Position numbers and translations under genes: made by a program. A stretch of DNA of 63,264 bases, the filler included, from Porpidia crustulata (Eukaryota), in NCBI GenBank assembly GCA_964255105.1. It is 5 parts of 5 records of this genome, joined end to end, with 100 filler letters (N's around TTAATTAATTAA, not from the genome) between each part and the next. Parts side by side here need not be neighbours in the genome. Positions count along the whole stretch, not along the records: positions 25,357 to 37,931 come from CAXUWE010000511.1; 4 more parts are not named here. One strand, given 5' to 3'. Below the pieces are notes generated by a model. That model was given only the letters and a program-made list of their open reading frames with translations, did no database searches and was not told the origin of the DNA. Position 1 is the first letter of the stretch; every line of letters begins with the position of its first letter. Positions 25,359 through 38,031 of this stretch are shown piece by piece.

Positions 25359-26837
25359 GGCCCCCCACCCCCACCACCGACTAGCCCTCCCTCGAATAGG
25401 GTTATTAGCGGACATGAGAAATCGCCACCGCCAGTACCGATAAATCGGCCCCAAGATGGTAATGAGGGAGAAATCACCGAATACGACGGTGACTATGATA
25501 CTGATATGGCTCCCGGAGCAACTCATAAAGACGCCCTCAAATCGCATGATCGCGTCTCAAGTTTTGAGGGAGATTCAATGAACGAGGAAGCAGCCCTACA
25601 CCATTCTGGGTTACCATCACTTGGTCCAGTGCCCTCTGGTGCTCCGCGTTCTTTTCCACGGCCTCCCCCGAATCAACCGCCTAGAAATTCCCGTCAATCC
25701 TCGGATATGCCCCGGGCACCACCACCTCCGCCGCCGCCGCCGCCTAAGGAGCAGGACTTTGAAGATCAAGACGATGAATACGATCCTTACAGGCATACCG
25801 CAGCTATGCCTCGAGGTTTTACTGATGCTGAAGAAGATAGCCCGCAACATCCGATAGCACCAAGGCTTGAGGACCCGGACGAGTTGTACTCTGCTTCTCC
25901 ACCTCGACGCTCAATACCGCCTCCTCCCACAGTTCAGAACACAACGCAATATACTTTGGCGCCTTCACTATCTGTTTCTGGGAGATCGATGCCCCGGCAG
26001 TCGTTGGAAGTACAACACGCAAATACTAATGCGAGAAGATCCGTGGACTTACCCCGGCCCTCTGGCGAACAAGGTTTTATAGCTGGGGACATCGACTTAG
26101 CTCAAAATAGTCAATGGTGGACACAACCTAAAATACCCCCTCCATCACTCCAGAATCGTCGAGATGTACAATATGAAATTGAAGAGGGTGTGGCTACACG
26201 AGGTAGTAAGCAAGTTGTTACTAAGTCTGTCCATGTTTTGTACATGGACTATTCGCAGACCGTCGTTACTGCACAGTATGACGCACGAGATAATTTGAGT
26301 GTGACTCTGGAACAGAGCCATGAACCGCCTCCTGCACGTCTGCGGCAAGATCAGCTCGAAGATGCTCACACAAGATTTGGATCGCGCATTGCGGAGATTG
26401 CTGTTTCAAAAAAGGAGACTATAGTGGGAGATGGAAGTCCGCACGCTCTGGTTCTGGGACTTGTGACTTCTCTTCCTGAGGCTCTACTTCCAGTTGGCCT
26501 GCGAGCGTATGGCGCCCTAGTATATGCCAATTTGGCGAATGCCTCTGTGCAACAATTTGATGAGATACGCTCTGGTGACGTGGTAACGTTCCGTAGCGCC
26601 AAGTTCCAGGGTCACCGTGGGCCTATGCACACAAAGTATAGTATCGAGGTTGGAAAGCCTGACCACGTAGGCGTGGTCGTCGACTGGGATGGCACAAAAA
26701 AGAAAGTAAGAGCTTGGGAGCAAGGGAGGGAGAGCAAGAAGACAAAGATGGAGAGTTTCAAGCTGGGTGACATGCGAAGTGGCGAAGTTAAGGTATGGCG
26801 GGTTATGGCGAGGCAGTGGGTTGGATGGGAAACATAA
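25359..26837 (+). CDS. BBC1: Bbc1/Mti1-like actin patch protein, C-terminal part (5' truncated)
   Basis: Frame is open from the contig start (PPPPPTS...EITEYDGDYDTD), proline-rich, then YMDYSQT, YGALVYANLANASVQQFDEIRSGD, DHVGVVVDWDGTKKKVRAWEQ and SGEVKVWRVM..WVGW. Confidence 0.85.
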   Translation, partial: GPPPPPPTSPPSNRVISGHEKSPPPVPINRPQDGNEGEITEYDGDYDTDMAPGATHKDALKSHDRVSSFEGDSMNEEAALHHSGLPSLGPVPSGAPRSFPRPPPNQPPRNSRQSSDMPRAPPPPPPPPPKEQDFEDQDDEYDPYRHTAAMPRGFTDAEEDSPQHPIAPRLEDPDELYSASPPRRSIPPPPTVQNTTQYTLAPSLSVSGRSMPRQSLEVQHANTNARRSVDLPRPSGEQGFIAGDIDLAQNSQWWTQPKIPPPSLQNRRDVQYEIEEGVATRGSKQVVTKSVHVLYMDYSQTVVTAQYDARDNLSVTLEQSHEPPPARLRQDQLEDAHTRFGSRIAEIAVSKKETIVGDGSPHALVLGLVTSLPEALLPVGLRAYGALVYANLANASVQQFDEIRSGDVVTFRSAKFQGHRGPMHTKYSIEVGKPDHVGVVVDWDGTKKKVRAWEQGRESKKTKMESFKLGDMRSGEVKVWRVMARQWVGWET

Positions 26838-27851
26838 AGGTGAAACCCCCGACCATTACCCATACGAGTGCCACACTGTTCACATTCGTCGTCTGTCACC
26901 GTGTTGTTCGTAGATGTTTAAGAAGTTTTCAGCATAGCGCGAGGAATCTATATTTTCGTTTACCGGGATACACAATCCTATTGATGAGAATCGCGTTCAC
27001 CGCGGCGACTAGATCAAGACATGTTGTCGTACTTCTCACGCCGATGCCCTGACACAAATCCTTTTCAGTCAGATTAAGCAGCTACATATATGGCAAGGCT
27101 TTCTCTTCATACCTGTCGCATTTCGTTCGCTGGGAAGACTAGGAACGAGATTCATTCTAGTTGATAAGCGGCAAGATCACGCAAAGATTGACAGTACTGC
27201 GACTTCTTCACTCTCGAGGCATTAATCCAACATTCATCTAGAATATTCAGCCCTCGACCTACAACAAAATGAATCATGCGCCCCGCGTGACTGCCTGGCC
27301 TTTCCTATAGCTATGAAACCCTTTTCTCATCTATCAACCCTAAATAGGCGAGATATCGTCTGAGTATACCAGAAGGGAATCCTACCAATACTTCTTAGGG
27401 AACCCTTACTGCGCCTAGGAAACATTAAAACATCAATACTATATGATGGAACAAGGCAGGACTGGCAGCGTTTAGCCTTCTCTGTCCACCGATACCAATG
27501 GTAGTGTGTATATCGAAAATGCCAAAGATGCTGCACTGCACGCTCAGCCAGGTTCCTCGTGCACTTGTGGCCAGCTCAATCGTTCTACGATGTTCTCTAC
27601 AGAAGGCCTATCGGATTCATATTCAAGCCTTGCACCATCGGAGGACGCTCGAGTCATAGCCTGCATAGATGCGGTGTCGCTGAGTTCCTCTTCGGATCCT
27701 GATACTCAAATGTCGATCAGGACTTGAAGAGCCCATCTTCAAGACTACACAACTGATAACCAAAGTGCTTGATCCTCAATCGCCTCATACGCATTCCTAC
27801 TCCGCACAGAGAAAAGTTCAATTATTCGTGATAAAACCATCAGAGGCTTCT

Positions 27852-29372
27852 ATGCCTGCTCGATCCCCATTGAGGCCGGCCGCTTCATCAGCTGTTGTCG
27901 TGCCTCCAACGACTACGGATATCATGAAGCAAATGCCCCCAGCTGTGTGCGGTCATTGTACAGGATATACTAATGTGAGTGCTTGGCTGAAAGATTCTAG
28001 AGACGAGCCATCGTTGTCAGTCAATTCACTGCCAGCTATCGGGTTTCCAATGGCCACGGATCTATCAGGTCGTTCTTGGATAGCCCTGCGAAAATCGAAT
28101 CCAACAAATTTGGAGTATTCAAAGCCGATCAACATTACAGCAAGGGCACCTACCTCAAAGGTTAGGTCCTACACTTTAGGGAAATCAGTAGTCACAAAAA
28201 GAGATTCTATGAGGGTCTCTCCAAGAACTAAAACCTTGAACTCTGTACGTCTCCTAGATCGAGAGCTAGCCAATAATTCGACACACCGTCAATCATCAAC
28301 AAATTCACCACATCAGTCAACACGTGAATCATCGACTGGAACCCGTCGACCACGAAATACTGGAAAACATCCACAAACCCCAACACATCAAGCAACAATT
28401 TCCAAGTACCCAACATCAGCGACCGCACGTACATATCCTTCCATACAAAGGTTCCGTACCATTTCCACGAGCCGTCCACAACTCCCAGCTCGTCTGATGG
28501 CTACCACAAGGAGTCAAGCTATCGCAAATGCTCAGCGAATAATGGCCACCAGACAGAATCCTCAACTGCAGAGCTCAACACGCTCCCAGCCCATCGGAGT
28601 CGGCACAACAGCGGCTGAAACTGCAAGGCAAGCTGAAGCGGAGAAGGTGAGAATCCAAGAATATGCAGCTAGAATGACGGCACAGAACAATCCGCCGAGA
28701 CCATACCAAGGCCTGCGCAAAGAAATGATCGCCCAAATCAAAGCCGCTACCAATAGGCGCCTCGATACACAGGAATATGCAGCACGTATGGCAACAGAAG
28801 CGGAAGCCGCCCGGGTGGCGAAGGAAGGAGAAGCCACGCGTTTATCCAGGGAAACAGAAGCCGCGACGGTTGTAGCACGGCTCGACCGAGTCCAGGAAGA
28901 TGTCCATGGCATAGCGCCACACATGGCCGAAGCGACCGGGGAGATGATCTCGGCTGCGAGAATACTGATGCAATTGAAACTAGAACAAATCGCCAGTATG
29001 GAATGCACGATACAAGAAACGAATAATCGGGTAGCACATTACCAAGCGGCGCAGAACCTGGCAGCAGTCAACCAAGATGCGCAACAGGCGGCGTGGCAAC
29101 GAGCGGCCGGACACCAAGGAGCGCAACAGCTGGCCTGGAATCGAGCGGTGTTGAACCAAGGAGTGCAGCAGTCGGCGTGGCATCAAGCAGCACTTAATGA
29201 AGCCGCACAGCAAGCGGCACACGAAAGGGCAACACGATATCAAGCCACGTACCAAACGGCGGACGAGGCCGAAGAAGATGCAATGAGGCTTTTGTACATG
29301 AGACACGGATTCAACTTTCGGCACGAGCAGGAACGGCTAGAGCGAGAGCGTGAGAGGAATGCACAGAAATGA
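27852..29372 (+). CDS. hypothetical Ala/Gln/Thr-rich protein with internal repeats
   Basis: Open frame >500 codons. S/T/R-rich N-half and helical A/Q/E-rich C-half with 14-aa repeats. Start uncertain (first ATG used). Confidence 0.65.
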   Translation: MPARSPLRPAASSAVVVPPTTTDIMKQMPPAVCGHCTGYTNVSAWLKDSRDEPSLSVNSLPAIGFPMATDLSGRSWIALRKSNPTNLEYSKPINITARAPTSKVRSYTLGKSVVTKRDSMRVSPRTKTLNSVRLLDRELANNSTHRQSSTNSPHQSTRESSTGTRRPRNTGKHPQTPTHQATISKYPTSATARTYPSIQRFRTISTSRPQLPARLMATTRSQAIANAQRIMATRQNPQLQSSTRSQPIGVGTTAAETARQAEAEKVRIQEYAARMTAQNNPPRPYQGLRKEMIAQIKAATNRRLDTQEYAARMATEAEAARVAKEGEATRLSRETEAATVVARLDRVQEDVHGIAPHMAEATGEMISAARILMQLKLEQIASMECTIQETNNRVAHYQAAQNLAAVNQDAQQAAWQRAAGHQGAQQLAWNRAVLNQGVQQSAWHQAALNEAAQQAAHERATRYQATYQTADEAEEDAMRLLYMRHGFNFRHEQERLERERERNAQK

Positions 29373-29876
29373 TTAATGGATGGGTATGAGGATAGTAAGG
29401 AGAGACAGGTCTTGAAATGGCAAATTCGACCAGCATTGAGACTCCAGATACGTCCGTTGAACGTGGTGTTCCTGGAGTTGGCGGGGTTTCTTTTCTTTTC
29501 TTTCCATTTCTTCAAGATTGACATAAAGAATTCCTTTCTTGGACGATGATATGAAGATACGGAATGTACATGAAGGATGCTCAACTTTGGTCTCACGACT
29601 CCCTTCCAATGGAAGGCCCTCCACGGGGTAAACGGGCCGGGAGAGGTCAAAAGAACCTCTTCTGTGAGAATTATTCCGGGAGACTGGTATACCTAGGGTG
29701 CATACTTAGTTGTAGATTCGAAGAGTTTCTCTTCCTTGAACTCAACTCCTCAGGGGCATAGAGACGCAGTTTGGCACATAATATAACTCTCATCAGGGCC
29801 ATCAGTATCATGTCCATATTTATCAAGAAGCACGCTAGCATAGTCTATTGTAGCCACGAAAACACACCTCTCTTCC

Positions 29877-30496
29877 CTATCGAAAAGCAAATACAACCCT
29901 CTCCAACGGCACCCTTTCCGTCTCCCAAGCCAACCAATCACTTCTCGTTGTCGGGAACAAACCCATCCCATTGACCTTCCATATTCCCAACCCCAGCGCC
30001 ACCAGATTCATGGCCACATACATGGCCTTGACCATCCACAGCGTCTTCCGGGTCCCCTCGGTTTCGAATTTCGTGAAGACGGTGTTCGTCTGCAGGAGTC
30101 CCTGGATGGGGGTCTTGAACAGCATGAAGACCATCATGATGCTGAAGATCTGCAGGCTGTTGCCGGACATGTACATCATGATGGCGTTCATCGGCAGCGC
30201 TTTGGCCGGGGCAAGGGCGAGTTCCCAGGATTTCTTGATCTTGAGCGTGTCGGTTTCTTCGGGCGTCGGGGGTTTTCGTTGTGTGACTTGCTTGGCGGCG
30301 GCGCGCTGAGGGTACTTCAGTATAGCTGCCGAAGGGGGAGATGGATCTGAGGATATTTTACCTTGCCGCTGAGTGCTGCGGAGTAGCCGGGTGGGTCGGG
30401 GATGTTGGATGGTTTAGGCCTGGGCTTGGGAGGGTTGGTGAGGTCGTTGATCCATCGCGGTGGTGATGAAGCTTCTGTGGAGGTGTTCGAAGTCAT
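29877..30496 (-). CDS. EMC4: ER membrane protein complex subunit 4
   Basis: Exon 1 30496-30362 (IPDPPGY), intron 30361-30306, exon 2 KKSWELALAPAKALPMNAIMMYMSGNSLQIFSIMMV...GLFPTTRSDWL. Confidence 0.93.
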
Positions 30497-30811
30497 GTCT
30501 GCTTTTAGGCAATATGAGATAGAGAGGGTAGTATGATAAAGCGCTTGAGTGCAGTTGACCTTGATGAAATTTGAAGCTCTGGTAGATATCGGCGTATGGT
30601 CAGCCCTACTCTAAGGTATGGGCGTTCCCGGCCCCTGCCGCACCGAGCGGATCTTCCTCACATTGACTTCTGGGACAAATAATCTCCATCAATTTATTCT
30701 CCTCGTTTTGGGTGTTTACTCAGTGACTTTATAGCTGATCTATTCATTTCATTTCTTCATGTAATGTTTGGGATAGGCCCTGGTCAGGCCAGTGCAAAAG
30801 ATTCGTCCAAG

Positions 30812-33411
30812 ATGAGTTCAGGAGGAGACGCGAAGTTATTCGCCAGAGTGAGTGGAGTGCCTTCCTTTTTTCGGTCCACCTGATCGAGCCTTCCCTATTT
30901 TGTGTTTTTGTTTCGTAGATTCTGGACGAATTGTATCCCATCAAGATTGTAAAGCTTTCATGAGTGATTTTGCGTATAAATCTAGTCATCTCTAAATTCA
31001 CCTCATCTGTAAGAAATACCATCATGGCTATGCCAGGGATGATTGTCATGCGTGCCAGTTCCACAGCCAAACCTCAGTCTACAACGGAAATCTTTGGGGA
31101 ACGTACTAAGAGACCGCAGGGTAAGGTTGCCGAGCTGCGACTCGAGCTCACAAGTGGGGGCAGGAAGGATAAGAATCATTCTGCCAAGAAGATTGCCCTC
31201 AAAAAGATCGTGGCGAATATGACAATGAGCAATAATGATATGGTTGCCTTGTTTCCCGATATTATAGCTTGTATGCAGATACCGAGTTTGGAGATTAAAA
31301 AGATGTAGGTTTACAGGTATAAGCCACACACGGTCTTAGTAGAGTAACGAGTCTACAGGTGCTTCCTCTTCTTGGTCAATTATGCTCGGATAAAACCAGA
31401 CGTTGCCTTGAAGGCCCTTCCCGTGCTCATAACGGTACGCATCTATGATAGTTTGTGACACTGGACCTTTCTAACCCGACGACACATTGTAGGACATGGA
31501 CGACTCAAATCCCCTGATACGAGCGCTTGCCCTTCGCACAATGTCTTACATCCACGTCCGCGAGTTCGTCGAGGCCGCAGTACCACCAGTGAAGATATTA
31601 CTGAAAGACCAGGATCCGTATGTCCGTAAGACAGCGGCATTTACGGTAGCAAAGCTTTACGATCATGACAGACAGCTTGTTGAGGCATCGGACTTGATTG
31701 ACAGACTAAACGGCATGCTCAGAGATGATAATCCCACGGTCGTCGCTAGTGCTCTTGCAGCATTGATGGACATTTGGGAAAGAAGTGAGACTATCAAGCT
31801 CACCATTGACTATGCTAGTGCTTCTAAGATAGTCCAGATATTACCTGACTGCTCGGAGTACGTTTCTCCGATCATCTGCAACCATTGGCTGAGAAGCATA
31901 CAGGTGGTGTCAGACCTACATACTGGAAGCTTTAATGTCATACGTACCCCAAGAAACGGCAGAGGCACTGCTCCTGGCCGAACGGATTGCACCTCGCTTG
32001 TCCCATTCAAATTCAGCCGTGGTCCTTACGTGCACCCGGGTTATATTATACTTAATGAATTACATCGCCGACGAAAAGCAAATCTCTTCTCTTTGTCGCA
32101 AACTTTCGCCACCACTTGTAACATTACTAGCCAAGGGCCCGGAGGTCCAATACCTTGCACTTCGGAACGCTCTCCTAATCCTTCAAAGACGACCAGAAGT
32201 GCTACGGAATGATATAAGAGTCTTCTTTTGCAAATACAATGACCCCATCTACGTAAAGGTTACGAAATTGGAGTTAATTTTCATGTTGGCCTCCGAAAAG
32301 AACATCAAGGAGGTTTTGACGGAGTTGAGAGAGTACATAAACTTCCATCATTAGATCTAAAGGACTGCAAGCTAATGTCTATATTAGGTACGCTACTGAA
32401 ATTGACGTGCATTTTGTCCGCAAGTCAGTACGAGCGATTGGTAAATTGGCCATCAAGATCGAACCTGCAGCACAGCTCTGCATCGATTCGCTCCTGGAAC
32501 TAGTTGCCACAAAAGTCTCGTATATTGTTCAAGAGGCGACGGTGGTGATACGGAATATTTTCCGAAAGTACCCCAATCAGTACGAGTCGATAATATCCAC
32601 TTTGTGCGAGAACCTCGATTCTCTAGATGAGCCCGAGGCAAAAGCTGCAATGATATGGGTCATTGGCCAATATGCTGATAGGATCGATAACTCAGATGTT
32701 TTGTTGGACGACTTCTTGTACTCATTCGCCGAGGAACCAGTAGAGGTGCAATTAACCTTGCTCACCGCAACAGTCAAACTTTTCATACAAAGACCTACCA
32801 AAGGGCAGGACTTAGTGCCCAAGGTCCTCAAATGGGCCACTGAAGAAACGGATAACCCTGATCTACGAGACCGAGGATACATGTACTGGCGTCTTCTTTC
32901 GTCAGATCCAGTAACCGCAAAGAAGGTAGTGATGGGCGAAAAGCCGGCCATTACTGCTGAATCGGAGAAGCTGGACCCGGCCACGCTAGAGGAGATGTGC
33001 CTTAATGTGGGAACTTTGGCAACCGTCTACCTCAAGCCAGTGCAACAGGTGTTCAAAACGGCACGAGTTAGAAAGCTTATCGACAGCCCGGCTTTACAAA
33101 AGCATGCCCTGCCTACTCACTTCACCACAGGTGTACAACAGCCGCTATCTTATGCCAATGGAAGAGGGCCTGCCGAAGGAGCAGCGCCGGCCAACGGGAA
33201 TGTTGCAGCCGCTGCAGATGCCGCCGATGCCTACTTCTCCCAACTGAACACGCAGAACATGGCCGTGATGAATCTGAATGATGATGGTTTTGGTGGAAGT
33301 CCGACGGTGGGGAATGCAGGGGAGAGACAATATGTAGTGAACCAGAACAATCCCCAACAAGTCTATCAACCACAGGTTGGGGGAGGGAATGGCGATTTGC
33401 TGCTGCTCTAG
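30812..33411 (+). CDS. APL1: AP-2 adaptor complex beta subunit
   Basis: Exon 1 [12 protein letters not shown] (30812-30847), intron to 31119, then [49 protein letters not shown] and [16 protein letters not shown]. No appendage domain, as known for Dikarya beta2. Confidence 0.9.
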
Positions 33412-33779
33412 GTGAATTTTTGACCACTGTAATTAGTGCCGGCCAGGTCAATCATGATTCACTCGTGACTGTGTTCCTATTTCAACAGACATCATCTATG
33501 GCAGTATGAGTAGGAATGTTGCTTCTGATCATATTTCTCCATGCACCTTAATCCCTCTTTTCCGAGGTATAGACTGAGAGCATGCTCTGAAAGGGGCTCG
33601 GTTACGACGGCAACCGATTCGGAATCACGGTATCCGCTTCGTCATGTCTGCATGAGCATTCGTGGTACTATCGTAGTGCTTTGTAAGAATATTCCTCTAT
33701 AGATCGATATGGCTTCACCTTCTACTGCTGGTCTCCGTTACAATTCCCCAGAGCCTTGGGACTATTCTGACCGGGCATC

Positions 33780-35589
33780 ATGTCCTCAAGCGGTTGTGCG
33801 GTCCAGACCGAAATATCGAAGAAGACTGATACCGCAGAACTTCCAGAGCCAGACAGAATTTTATTATCTGAAGAACATCGAAGATCCCTGATACAGGCAG
33901 AGGATTCGGATGTGTTACCGATTCCAAATGAAATATCGGACGGAAGCAGGACGTACTCGGAATCCGCAGCAGCGGCACAACCTACGGAAACCGTTTCTAC
34001 GACGATGCCATCCAAAAGTCAAGAAGTTGGGGACATTGAGGCTTGTGCACGACCGGGCATAGGAGGGTCTGAGTATTCGATATTCACTAAACGCCAAAAG
34101 CAGTACATTGTATTCTTGACAGCATGTGGAGGCTTTTTCTCTCCTCTCTCGGCCAATATATACTTCCCAGCGCTAAACAGTCTTGCCAAGGACCTCAAGG
34201 TCTCCAATGAGCTCATTAATTTGACGCTGACGTCTTACATGATCTTTCAGGGACTTGCTCCTACTATCTTTGGAGATCTGGCAGACATGGCGGGTAGAAG
34301 ACCGGCGTATATGATCGGCTTCATCATCTATATTGGCGCCAACATTGGATTAGCTTTACAGAATAAGTACGCTGCTCTATTCATCTTACGATGCCTGTAA
34401 AGTACAGGCAGTAGTGGGGCAGTCGCTTTGGGGAGCGGCGTTGTTGCAGATATCGCTCCAAGTGGGGAGAGGGGTTTATTTATGGGATACTCTCAATTCG
34501 GTCCCATGACAGCTCCAGCCATAGCGCCAATTCTCGGTGGCATTCTGTCTCAATTCCTGGGTTGGCGATCTCTCTTTTGGTTTTTGACCATCTTATCTGT
34601 CATTTATCTAATTCCCTTCGCCATGACTTTCCCTGAAACGGGTCGGAACATTGTTGGCAACGGCTCAGTTCCACCTCCGAGTTGGAATATGTCTTTGATA
34701 AACTATTTGAAGACACAGCAAATCGAAAACGACTCGGAGCTCAGCCGTAACGTGTCGCGTCAGGAGAAAAAAGCTGCTCAGGCAGAGCTTATCGGCAAAA
34801 ATAAATTGAGGTGGCCGAATCCACTCAAAACGATATATATCATTCTCAAAAAAGACGTCGGCATAATACTTGTGTACAATGCTTTGGTATATGCGGCTTT
34901 CTATGACGTGACAGCTAGCCTACCAAGTTTGTTCGCGGAAATGTACGGCTTCAATGATCTGCAAATTGGTGTGTATGTTACCTACGATGGTCTAGTTGAA
35001 CCCAATTGATTTGATTTTAGGTCTGTCATTCAGAATAGGATGCTCTCTAGCCTCATTAATCTGTGGACAGCTCATGGACAGAAACTATAAACGTGTCGCT
35101 AAACTGGCTGGCTTCATGGTTGATCTGAAAAGGGGCGACGATATGCGGCACTTTCCTACAGAGAAAGCTCGGATACAAGTCATCTTTCCTCTACTCTACG
35201 TTGGCATTGCCGCAGTACTATGCTACGGCTGGGTCCTTGAACGAAACGCTCCACTGGCCGCACCGCTTGTCCTGCATTTCATCATCGGCCTCACATTGAC
35301 GGGCTCGTTCAACGTGATGAGCACTATGATGATTGACTTGTATCCCTTGAGTCCATCAACGGCCACTTCGGCCAACAATCTTGTCCGGTGCTTGATGGGG
35401 GCAGCCGGCACGGCTGTCATCCTACAGATGATAACTGCGATGGGCAGGGGATGGTGTTTTACCTTTATTGCAGGTGTCATATTTTTCACGAGTCCGCTTC
35501 TCTGGGCAGAATTGAAATGGGGTCCAAAATGGAGGGAAGAGAGAAGAGTGAGGATGGTAAAGCTCGAGGAAGATAAAGCAGCGGGATGA
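33780..35589 (+). pseudogene. MFS drug:H+ antiporter (DHA1/Qdr-like) with in-frame nonsense codon
   Basis: FFSPLSANIYFPAL, GDLADMAGRRP, FPETGR and NNLVRCLMGA motifs. TAA at 34398-34400 lies inside LRCL*STGSSG; intron ~34969-35020. Confidence 0.75.
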
Positions 35590-36461
35590 TGCAATATTAC
35601 GAGAGTCCATGAAGACGTCACAGAAAAGATATGAAGTTTATGATCGGACAGATGCGTACGAGGTAGCGAGCTTTCTACAGTTGTAGCATCTAGAAGGTTT
35701 AGTGGAGGAAAACCGGAAAATATGTTGGCAATCACGATCCACGATAGAGTCTCACAGTGAGTCGTCTACACCACCAAGGACCTCTAGTGTCGACACAAGA
35801 CAGACGAGTAGGCCGCACTGTTTACCTTCAGCCTCGGAGCTTCGTTTCCCATACACAATTAGCAGCAGTCGCATTGGTACGACTCGGAATCGGCAGAGCG
35901 GATGCATGTACAATGCTATAATTCCAATTTCATCCACATCCATCGGCATGAGCTTCTGTGTCGATTGGATAGGGCGAGTATTCTGGTCAGGGGCCATGAA
36001 TCTATCTGCTCTCAATCCGGCTCCGGAGAAATGAGACGGTGAGTTATCGAGGGGCTGTACTTACGGGCATCTATGGCATCTATATTGAAAAGGTTAGTAG
36101 GATCAACGATGATCTTTAGAGCGGAGTCGTATCACTCGAAACATGTTGTTGTTGTAGATAGCTAGAAAGATGAATAGCCGAGGAGGCACATGCCAATAAG
36201 ATGATAGTCACAAGTCACACACCTTGCTCGTGATAAATCCTACACTCCAAATCTCCGAGTCGACCTATATAAAAATGTCTTGCAATATCAACAGTAGCAA
36301 GCAACGATATCTGTCAAGCTGTCAAGCTGTCACATCGGTAGTCGATCCAGAGACTTCAACCAGTCAACGCAATCCCTGCAGTCCGTTCATGCGAGAAGCG
36401 ACCTGCCACTTGCAGTTGCAGCACAGCTCACACCGCCCGCCCTGAGGCTTTTAATTCTGCC

Positions 36462-37926
<1,465 letters not shown>

Positions 37927-37931
37927 GATGG

Positions 37932-38031
37932 NNNNNNNNNNNNNNNNNNNNNNNNNNNNNNNNNNNNNNNNNNNNTTAATTAATTAANNNNNNNNNNNNN
38001 NNNNNNNNNNNNNNNNNNNNNNNNNNNNNNN
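37932..38031. other. artificial contig spacer
   Basis: N44-TTAATTAATTAA-N44. Confidence 0.99.

Noticed and set aside
34398..34400. TAA-to-Gln genetic code reassignment or A-to-I stop editing
   Set aside because: TAA terminates other genes in the window, and A-to-I editing would yield Trp, not the conserved Gln.
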